Of a DNA stretch of 64,000 nucleotides, positions 18,361 through 25,854 are shown in pieces (positions within the stretch are counted from its first letter, which is position 1; every line of letters starts with the position of its first letter). Source of the DNA: Planctomycetota bacterium (GTDB lineage: Bacteria; Planctomycetota; Phycisphaerae; UBA1845); assembly GCA_016200265.1 (NCBI GenBank), contig JACQFE010000012.1, positions 20,332-84,331 on the forward strand, in the 5' to 3' direction. Under the pieces are notes generated by a model. It saw nothing but the letters and a program-made list of their open reading frames with translations, searched no databases and was not told where the DNA came from. Both the position numbers and the translations under genes were made by a program.

Positions 18361-19077
18361 TCATGCCGCCTGGCGGAGCATGATGTTTTTCTTGAAGATG
18401 AGGCAATACTCGTGCTGGATGGGAACGTCTTCCATTGAAGCGTAAGTGACGTGGTCAGACCGGCAGTTGTGCTGGGCCTTGATGATGACCGAGCGAAGTT
18501 CGCCCAGCGGTCCCGCCATGTTCATGACCTCACGGGCGATGGGATAGTAACACCGGTTTCGTCGAACGTCGCCCATGAGCACGGCCATCCGCCCGCCTGG
18601 AAACACTGCGTCGTAGCATTGGCGGAGTGCAAGAAAGAGCGTGCCAATAAACTCGTCGAAGGTTTCGCAAGTGCTCAAGTCTGCGGCATCGTCGCTGTAT
18701 CGAATGATGTTCCAGTACGGCGGATGAACCCAGACCAAGTCAAATGGGCCGGGAAGTGGTTCGGCAACAACGTCGAAGCCCATGCGTAGGTCGCTTCCCC
18801 AGTACTCGATGCATGAGTTCTCACACCGATTCAATTCCGCTATCACATCCTTTGTAGTGCCGGAACCCATCATCGGGTCGGCGACTCGCCGGGGTCGGTA
18901 ACGGCGGATGAGGTCGCGAAACAAGGTTCCGTCGCAGTTCCCGCGATAACTTGCGTCGCCCCACGGGCCGCGAACGGGATAAGAAACAAGCGAGGTCATC
19001 TCGCGGTCCGGCAGCGGCTGCTTCACCGCTGGGACATCGGCGGGCTTCAAGAATGTTTGCTTTTGAGTGAGTTGCAT
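18361..19077 (-). CDS. Orphan DNA methyltransferase (N6-adenine/N4-cytosine type)
   Basis: Motif I-like VADPMMGSGTT, followed by motif IV DLVWVHPPYW ((D/N/S)PPY/F-type). GGAGGAAAT SD before ATG 19077; the longest ORF reaches 19278. No adjacent restriction gene. Confidence 0.75.
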   Translation of the reverse strand: MQLTQKQTFLKPADVPAVKQPLPDREMTSLVSYPVRGPWGDASYRGNCDGTLFRDLIRRYRPRRVADPMMGSGTTKDVIAELNRCENSCIEYWGSDLRMGFDVVAEPLPGPFDLVWVHPPYWNIIRYSDDAADLSTCETFDEFIGTLFLALRQCYDAVFPGGRMAVLMGDVRRNRCYYPIAREVMNMAGPLGELRSVIIKAQHNCRSDHVTYASMEDVPIQHEYCLIFKKNIMLRQAA

Positions 19078-19090
19078 AATTTCCTCCATG

Positions 19091-19127
19091 ATAAAAGGAG
19101 CCGGCCGAGCGTTGACCCGACCGGCTC
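19091..19127 (-). terminator. Intrinsic-terminator-like hairpin after 19133..19405
   Basis: Minus strand reads GAGCCGG-(16 nt)-CCGGCTC followed by CTTTTAT. Confidence 0.5.
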
Positions 19128-19132
19128 GCGAG

Positions 19133-19405
19133 TTAAACGGTGGCCTCTTGGTCGGTTGGACCAGCGGCATTCGGCTTGCTGCTCGAAGTTTCGAGCAACC
19201 AAGCGTGGATTTGTTCGAGCACCTTACAGAGAGTGGGAACGTCATTTCGGCCGAAGGAAGCACTTCGTTTCCAAGCATCTCCCTTCCGGTAGAGCCTGGA
19301 CACCGCCACGGTGCGGAAGCTTCCCTTGCTTGTCGCGTTCTCGAAGACCGAAGCTACGATGAGCCCCTCTCTGATTTGGTGTATAGGTTTCTTGTTGTTT
19401 TCCAT
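19133..19405 (-). CDS. Small conserved protein, paralog 2 of the 3-member family
   Basis: 90 aa with TAGGAGGAT SD. MENNKKPIHQIREGLIVASVFEN...VSRLYRKGDAWKRSASFGRNDV... Confidence 0.7.
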   Translation of the reverse strand: MENNKKPIHQIREGLIVASVFENATSKGSFRTVAVSRLYRKGDAWKRSASFGRNDVPTLCKVLEQIHAWLLETSSSKPNAAGPTDQEATV

Positions 19406-19426
19406 CTATTTAATCCTCCTAATAAA

Positions 19427-19472
19427 GGTTTTTGTCTGTTCAATCACCAACGGATGTTGGACAGCAAAAACC
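19427..19472 (-). promoter_or_regulatory. SD-proximal stem-loop with GGTTTTTG/CAAAAACC arms
   Basis: Plus strand GGTTTTTGTCTGTT-(loop)-ACAGCAAAAACC. On the coding strand the 3' arm ends about 10 nt before the SD of 19133..19405. Confidence 0.5.
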
Positions 19473-20112
19473 GCTGGGAGGATGAAAAGCCCCGAAGCGG
19501 TCATCAGCGAAGCGCGGCGGAGCAAAGGGCGAGGGGCATGACGCGCCGCAGGCGTGGCGGGACACTTGCCGCGAAGCAAGCGAAGTCGACCGTGACGGGC
19601 GTGATGGAAAACAACAAACCGACCACCAATATCTAGGGCGAAAAGAAAATCACGAATGAGAACGCGGGATTCCTAGGGGAGCTGGTGTCCTATGAAAGGA
19701 GCAGCAGAAATCGCATTGATTCCGAAGGCCGTCGTTTTGCCGGCATAAAGGTGCTCGAACTGCTCGCTCCACGCGCTTCGTAGGGAAGTCGCTGGTCTTG
19801 TTCGAACAAGTGGTCGCCTTGTCCCTCGCGAGCCGGTCGGTCACTCCAAGCTCGGCCAAGAACGGGGGGAATTATGACCAAGGGTGCCCTAGGGGTGCCT
19901 CCTCGCTCAAAGGGCGAAAATAAGGGCTATTCCGACTTCTACGAGACCCTATGGATGTGATTGTTGCGTCAGGGATGAGAGGGCCGGGGATGAGTGCCAC
20001 TGCCTGTCATAGGTTTGAAAGACGGTGCCGTCTTTCACGAAGTTGAACACTAGGAATTGGAGAGGCGACATTTCGAGCAGCGACGCTGAAACGAAATTGG
20101 ATGGTAGACACG

Positions 20113-20601
20113 TCAATCGAGTCCATCGACACTGCCGGTGGAAGCACGAATCGCAGCGATGAGGGTGTCCGCAATACGGGCTTCAAGACGTTCGCGTTCG
20201 GGTTCTCGCCCACGGGCGTTGGAGGGGAGTTTGAGAGGCCCCAGCTTTTTCGCGTGTGTTTCGAGGTGGGACATATTGTGGGTTACGCTCTGGAGAACTG
20301 CACGGGCGACGTGACTGGTGGTGAGCTTCGCTCCGCTCGTCTCGCGGAAGAGTGCGACCAATCGAGAAAGAGCTGCGTCGGTGGAAGGTGTCAAAATGAG
20401 TTCGCGTTTGATTCGCGGCGTCTCCCCAGTACCGGTTCCTGGGCAGGCGGCATCCGCTTGACCGCCCTGCGAGGCGGAGTACGGCGGGTTCCTCGGTTCG
20501 ACGGGAAGCGGTCGCGGTGCCACGGCTCGGGCCGCCGCGTGAATGTCGAGCAGTCGGGCGATGGATGATGAAGGCTGTGGTTGACGAAGGGGCTTTGGCA
20601 T
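20113..20601 (-). CDS. Hypothetical protein downstream of ParA (possible centromere-binding partner)
   Basis: 162 aa. Starts 7 nt after the ParA stop. Call is by position only; no family recognised. Confidence 0.45.
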   Translation of the reverse strand: MPKPLRQPQPSSSIARLLDIHAAARAVAPRPLPVEPRNPPYSASQGGQADAACPGTGTGETPRIKRELILTPSTDAALSRLVALFRETSGAKLTTSHVARAVLQSVTHNMSHLETHAKKLGPLKLPSNARGREPERERLEARIADTLIAAIRASTGSVDGLD

Positions 20602-20607
20602 TTTGAT

Positions 20608-21507
20608 TCATCCGTTAGCAGTCATCGTAACCGGCTCGACGATGTGCGAGTCACCGACCTGTTCAAGTATGGCGTAGTTCGTCGGTTCCAGTACGCCAGC
20701 CAAGAATGCCCCTCGATTGCGAACTCGGTGTTCAAGTTCGAGCGAGAGCCGGAGATACTGTTGGGCGACCGGAATGGTCTGGAACCGAGGAAATTGGAAC
20801 AGGGTTCTCCCCTTCCCCGATGCCTCCGGAAGAACCACTGCCTGCGAGATTGTGTTTTCAAACCGCCGACCGGGCAATGCTTGGTTGACAACGGTCTCAA
20901 GTTGGCCCCGGAGCCGGGTTGCACGGCCGTCTACATTGGTGAACACCACGCCGAGGATTTCCAACGCTGGGTTGCGGTGTCTTCGAACGTCGGCAATGTC
21001 ATTGAAGGCTTCGGTCAAGCCACCCAGAGAAAGGGGATGCGGGAACGCGGAAAGAAGAAACCACTCGGCCGTCGAATAGGCGGCGACTGTGGTGATGAAA
21101 CCGGCAGACGGTCCGGTATCAAGAAACACGAAATCGTATCTTAATCGAGCTTCCGCAACCGGCCGCTCAAGGACACGCGTGCGGTCGAGGTACTTTGATA
21201 ACAGAACGTCGATTTCGCCGAGCTGCGGTCTTGACGGGATGAGGTGTACGCCGGGCGGCATGTCGTCGACGATGGTGAGGTTTTCGATTGCCTCATCGGT
21301 GGTAAGAAGCTCCAACGTGCCCGCGTAGCTCTTGGTCGGTACGCCGAGGTGTTTGGTAGCCCCGGCGGCGGGGTCAAGGTCCATGACGAGGCACCGACTT
21401 CCGCGTTGTCCAAGTGCGGCCGCGATATGAACGCAGTTGGTTGTCTTCCCCACGCCGCCCTTCTGATTACCAACCGCGATGACCGTACCAAGTTCGTTCT
21501 CTTCCAT
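20608..21507 (-). CDS. ParA-family partition ATPase of the element
   Basis: VIAVGNQKGGVGKTTNCVHIAAAL (deviant Walker A), LVMDLDPAAGAT, FVFLDTGPS. Start taken at MEENELG (21507); the longest ORF reaches 21588. Confidence 0.85.
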   Translation of the reverse strand: MEENELGTVIAVGNQKGGVGKTTNCVHIAAALGQRGSRCLVMDLDPAAGATKHLGVPTKSYAGTLELLTTDEAIENLTIVDDMPPGVHLIPSRPQLGEIDVLLSKYLDRTRVLERPVAEARLRYDFVFLDTGPSAGFITTVAAYSTAEWFLLSAFPHPLSLGGLTEAFNDIADVRRHRNPALEILGVVFTNVDGRATRLRGQLETVVNQALPGRRFENTISQAVVLPEASGKGRTLFQFPRFQTIPVAQQYLRLSLELEHRVRNRGAFLAGVLEPTNYAILEQVGDSHIVEPVTMTANG

Positions 21508-22091
21508 TCGCTCCGTTAAAAATCTAATGCATGCCCGCGTGCCCGTTGTCGGGGAGGCTCGCCGGCGTGGATGCCGGCGATGCCGCAACCCCTACGACTC
21601 TTGGATACGACACCCGACGAAAACTGGCAACAGGTTTCTTGCGGGCGGCATCGAACCGAACAAGCGTAGCGATGCGGTCGGAGGAGAACGACGGTGCCTG
21701 TGAGTGCCATGACTATGGCATTCCGGCATGCCCGCATGCCGCGTCGCCTGAAAAAACAGGACTTGTCCGACCGAAAGCCGCGTGCGATGACTAGAATCGA
21801 CGCGACGTCAGAATGGATTCGTTGCGGCTGCTGTCAAAAACTTGAGAAGGGTCATGTTGCCATGATTTAGAATTGTTGAGCTGGACATAGAGCGACGGTT
21901 CAGGTCGCTCCATGTCGTGAATGAGTAAGCCCTCTCGGATTCGCGATGAATGAATCCCGTAGTTTCCTTCTAGCGTAATTCCGAGCATGTCGTCAAGCTC
22001 GTTTTGAGCGGCGGGGGCTTTGTCATCTCAACACCACGTGGCGATTGGTCTTTCCGGAACGGGCCCGCGATGCCCGGAAAAGGAGAGAGGG

Positions 22092-23546
22092 GTGAGGGAG
22101 ATACGAAACAAGCCGGAAGGCGGGTATTGCATTGTTGCGGCGTTCGAGGTCGCGTGGATTTTATGTACGTACAAAGCGGGGTTCATTCGCTGGTACGATG
22201 TCCGGGTATGGTTTGCGTGCAAAGAGGCGGCGGCGAGACGTTGCGGGCTCCGCAACGGCCGCTCCGCAAAGTACCGCGTGGAGGAGATTTGCAGCTTGGT
22301 CGGCGGGGTGAACGGCGGATGTGTCCGCGCGGCCCTGCGACGCCTGGAAGCCACGGGGCTTTTTCGGTTTGGGGAGACTGCGATTCGTTTCGCAACTTCA
22401 CCCGATGAGCTTCGAATCGGAGACTTGTCCGGCTTCTGGTCAATGGTCCACGCCATTGGGCAGAAGAACCGAAAAGTTCCGATTCCTCGGCGAATCGTCC
22501 GGTACATCGCGGGCGGAATGCGAAAGACGCTCGCGGGCACCTTACTTGGGCACGTGCTTCGGTGCTGCTATTTGAACGGGGCGGAGTATTTGTCGGAAGG
22601 CTCGTGCTCGGCGTCCTGGGTCGCTCGTGTCTTTGACCTCGATGAGCGGCACGTCAAGCGAGCGAGAAAGCATCTTGCCGAAATCGGTTTACTCTCGGCG
22701 GTAGAGTCCGATTCGTGGCACCGCAAAAAATATGGGGCGAGGTTCGCGGTCTCTCCGACGTGGTCCGATTCGGTCGAGCAACCGCGAGAGCGAATCGTCA
22801 AACGGCCACCTCGAAGTGAGCTTTCCACAAACAAACGGCCACCCCTCTTGATTCTTAAAGAGAACTCCTTCGGAATTGGAAACCAGAAACCCGCATTGGC
22901 CGCGGACCGGCCAACTGGTGTTTGCACGCAAAGGGGTGCGAGCGCCGAATCGCCGACGATGCGGCATGTGACCACGGATGATATCCGGGACACGCGGCGG
23001 TTGGTCGGAGCGGGTGGGTTGTTTGATGACGCCGTGCGGCGAGGGCTCGTCAACCGTTGTGAGGCCGACCGGCTCAAGTTTGTGGCCGCGGCGGAACGGG
23101 CTGTCCGCGAAGCGACGCGAAACCCGGGCGGGTTCTTCGTGCGGTTGGTTCGTGCCAAACTGTGGCACTACATCACGCTGGAGCAGGAAGACGCGGCTCG
23201 GCGGCGGCTTCGGCGAGTTGCGGAAGAGGATGGCCGGACCGTGGAACGATGTCGAGGGTCGATTGGACCGCCGTGGAGCGACGAATTAGCGCACGCTTGC
23301 CGCGATGCTGGACATCCTGATGAGCAGCGACGAGTGGGTGGGGAGCTGGAGGTTGTTCGCGAGTTGATTGCACGGTCGTTGGCGTTGGCGGCAGAGGTTC
23401 AGTCGATTCAGAGCGTTGACCGAGAGACCGGACACGGAGTGGAACGGTCGGTGCAGGGCGTGGAATCGTGGGAGCTGGGCCTCAACCAGCGAGGTCGGCA
23501 AGGTCGGGGTCAACACTCCGCTTGCTGGGAGCGGAGGGTTGCGTGA
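22092..23546 (+). CDS. Hypothetical protein with two winged-helix-like segments (possible replication/maintenance initiator)
   Basis: GGAGAGAGG SD before GTG 22092. Segments ...CVRAALRRLEATGLFRF... and ...VKRARKHLAEIGLLSAVE... look like winged-helix recognition helices. Divergent from parA. No named family recognised. Confidence 0.4.
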   Translation: MREIRNKPEGGYCIVAAFEVAWILCTYKAGFIRWYDVRVWFACKEAAARRCGLRNGRSAKYRVEEICSLVGGVNGGCVRAALRRLEATGLFRFGETAIRFATSPDELRIGDLSGFWSMVHAIGQKNRKVPIPRRIVRYIAGGMRKTLAGTLLGHVLRCCYLNGAEYLSEGSCSASWVARVFDLDERHVKRARKHLAEIGLLSAVESDSWHRKKYGARFAVSPTWSDSVEQPRERIVKRPPRSELSTNKRPPLLILKENSFGIGNQKPALAADRPTGVCTQRGASAESPTMRHVTTDDIRDTRRLVGAGGLFDDAVRRGLVNRCEADRLKFVAAAERAVREATRNPGGFFVRLVRAKLWHYITLEQEDAARRRLRRVAEEDGRTVERCRGSIGPPWSDELAHACRDAGHPDEQRRVGGELEVVRELIARSLALAAEVQSIQSVDRETGHGVERSVQGVESWELGLNQRGRQGRGQHSACWERRVA

Positions 23547-23853
23547 GCCGCTTCTCTTCCCAAAGGAGCACGTCCGAAAGGCGAGCGTATCGAATTCGTC
23601 CTCGGCGTTCGTGGGGTAGCTCGCCGGATTCCATCGCCGCAATGACGGTTTCCTTCCGCATTCGTTGCATCTTTCGAATTTGGTCGACTGAAAGCCAGCG
23701 TGCGAAAGCCGGTTCCGGCGGAGCGTGGGGCCTGATGGGAAGGTGCTCGTGTCCGTCAAAGAAAACTATGTCCAGGGAGTTGTCCGTTCCGATGGGTTGG
23801 TCCGCAGCCAACGTCAGACTGTTGCGTGGCGTGATTCGTTCGAATGATGTCAT
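23482..23853 (-). CDS. Excisionase/MerR-type helix-turn-helix DNA-binding protein
   Basis: WLSVDQIRKMQRMRKETVIAAMESGELPHERRGRIRYARLSDVLLWEE fits the Xis/AlpA-like HTH_17 pattern. Confidence 0.55.
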   Translation of the reverse strand: MTSFERITPRNSLTLAADQPIGTDNSLDIVFFDGHEHLPIRPHAPPEPAFARWLSVDQIRKMQRMRKETVIAAMESGELPHERRGRIRYARLSDVLLWEEKRLTQPSAPSKRSVDPDLADLAG

Positions 23854-24136
23854 AGCGTCCTCCGTAAGTCGTAATAAACGCCGACCACAAGGTCACGCCG
23901 TGAGCGAGCGGTCAAGGAGGAACGCGAAGCGGCAAATCCTTGACGGCGGAAGCTCCGGCGTGATTCGATGGGTTGACGTATGCGACAGTCGGAGGACGCA
24001 ACGTTTCGGGTGTAGACCAACTCAGACACGGGCTCATTCTGATTGGAAATTGGCGGACGAAGACAGATTGCCGGTGTGCAAAGTAATTGCAGACTCAAAC
24101 TGCACCGACGGAATCGAAAACGAATGCAACGGGTAC

Positions 24137-24286
24137 ATGGACCTTGCGACCAAACCGGTCGCCTGTCCAACCGAACGGATTCCGGCCATGTCGGAATGGG
24201 GAATGGTCTTCGTGACACTGTTGACGCTTACCTCCAGTACGCTGCTGTGCCTGCGTCGCGGCAACGCCGCGGGAGGGGAAAGCTAG
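24137..24286 (+). CDS. Candidate mini-ORF that is little more than an IPTL-CTERM-like sorting signal
   Basis: MDLATKPVACPTERIPAMSEWGMVFVTLLTLTSSTLLCLRRGNAAGGES*. IPAMSEWG + TM + RR matches the IPTLSEWG-type signal also seen at 42829..43794. No clear SD, and the start could lie upstream (a Cys-rich stretch CKVIADSNCTDGIENEC is in frame). Confidence 0.35.
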   Translation: MDLATKPVACPTERIPAMSEWGMVFVTLLTLTSSTLLCLRRGNAAGGES

Positions 24287-24538
24287 GGGAGGGGAGGTTT
24301 GGAACCGGGCGTGCGGGGTTCCAAGCCATGCCCGGCCAGCCGCCCCAGGCGGGTGGCCGGTTCCCCCAAGAAATCCTTTCGAGCGAGCGTCGACGGGTCG
24401 GGGTCCCGACGACGAGAGCGAACCTTCCCTCACAGGTGACACGTCGCTTTCGCTCCTTGCGGCATGAACCGATGGGCCGCTCTATTCAGGAACGCTTCGC
24501 AAGTGTCAAACGCCGTTACGTTTTTATTCAAACAACAG

Positions 24539-24568
24539 TTGATTTTTGGGGTCGAGTTGCGCTATCCT
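24539..24568 (+). promoter_or_regulatory. Sigma70-like promoter candidate
   Basis: TTGATT (24539-24544), 18 nt spacer, TATCCT (24563-24568), in a locally AT-rich patch just upstream of the structured segment. Confidence 0.35.
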
Positions 24569-24574
24569 AGCCTC

Positions 24575-25710
24575 GTGAAACATTGTTTCACGGTCGTCAG
24601 ATTCGTAAACGCGAATCGTTTGACGTTCATCATCACGGGCTTCGGTGCTCGGTAAATCCAGGTTCACCACCTGGACTAAGAGGGCGGTCTTATCAGCTGC
24701 CATGCCGAAGGCCCGTAGCGCCGGATGCCGCGAGAGCGGCTCGTCCGGTGCGAGGGAGGCTCCAGAGAGTAATCCCGTATTCGGAGTAATCCTCTGGTTC
24801 TATCCCATGTGTTGTGCCACATCGTGACACCTTTCTTTGAGTCTGGGCGACCGGGAAAGACCCGCCCATGGGGCGGGCCGCGGTAGTCGAACGGGTGAAG
24901 TCCGACGTTGTCGGACGTAATCCCTCCGTGGGGTTCGGGGCAAAGCCTTCGGGCAATTCGGGTGTAAGTCTCGGAAGCCTCGTTCAACACCGGCCAGCGT
25001 GGGGAGTTCGTCCCTCGTGAGGGGAACGACCGCATGAAGACAACATGCGGCGATTTCCGTGAAACGCGGAAACGATGAAAAGCTCAACCATGAAAGGCCC
25101 GTCAAGGGCTTGCTGGTCAGTTCAATCGGAGACGGTGCCGAAACGCGTTAGAAAGACCTTCGCCGAGCGGTAAGCCGAGCTTCTGTTTTCGTAGGCAGAA
25201 ATCGTCCCGATGCGTCGGGATGGAGAGTGCGCTCCGCCGGAAGGCGGAGCGACACGGCGATGCGAGTCAAGGGACTCTTGGTCAAGCGACGTGACCGATT
25301 GGATGACGACTAACGATAACCGGGGAAAGACTGCGGCGGCCGGGGTGATAGCCGGTGCCTGAGTGTGTCACTCAGGTGCTTCAAATGCCGTAGTCCGGGA
25401 GCGGGGCCCAAGTAGGAGTTCGCGGGAGCGGAGCGGAACCGCTGCAAGGCAGTAGCGGTTCCGTGTGGTGCTGACGGGTGGTGCCGGGCACGAGAACACC
25501 GACGAAAGGGCTGACGGGCATTTTTCTTGACCCGTGATGATGACGTGCTGGCTGGGGAGGGATCCCGACTTTTCGGGATTCCCTCCCCTCGCTTGTTTCC
25601 TGGGAAGGAATTGATTCAGCGGGCGAAAGAGGTCTCGCCGGGAGGCGAGGCGTCTTTTGTCGGTGGAATGACGACGGACAGTCGAGGTGTACCTCGCGTC
25701 CGTCGGAGGT
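24575..25710 (+). ncRNA. Large hairpin-dense non-coding segment: candidate structured RNA / long leader (family not recognised)
   Basis: No protein-like ORF in any frame. More than 15 local stem-loops, including 24574-24592, 24900-24916, 25205-25220, 25230-25251 (GGAA loop), 25358-25376, 25434-25463, 25554-25588 and 25672-25705. GNRA and UUCG loops read correctly only on the + strand. Confidence 0.4.
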
Positions 25711-25854
25711 TTGGGGTTCGCAACGGCCATGAATTGGCGTGCGGCTATTCCAAGAGAAAGCAGCACGCGTGCGGCGTTGCGGACGAAGGTAATGGGTGAA
25801 GGGAATGGTTGGGTGATGCGGAGGTTCGTGCGTGCACGAAGGAGGTGATGGCGT

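Noticed and set aside
21791-21988. 65-aa ORF in the AT-richer patch between parA and the winged-helix gene
   Set aside because: It has poor codon bias, no SD and no recognisable motif. The patch is more plausibly the promoter/origin-like region of the divergent genes.
24840-25260. RNase P RNA or tmRNA
   Set aside because: GGGUGAAGUCCGAC and CGUGAAACGCGG superficially recall the P4 (GAGGAAAGUCCGG) and P10-12 motifs. The P4 3' strand (ACAGAACCCGGCUUA-like) and other universal blocks are absent. No tag-peptide reading frame or tRNA-like ends are present.
24575-25710. Group II intron
   Set aside because: The many GNRA hairpins and GAAA-type junctions look intron-like. However, there is no reverse-transcriptase/maturase ORF and no interrupted host gene. 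No GUGYG lies at a sensible 5' boundary, and there is no 34-nt domain V (AGC triad, 2-nt bulge, GNRA loop). The DV-sized hairpin at 25433-25464 has no bulge and a 6-10 nt loop.
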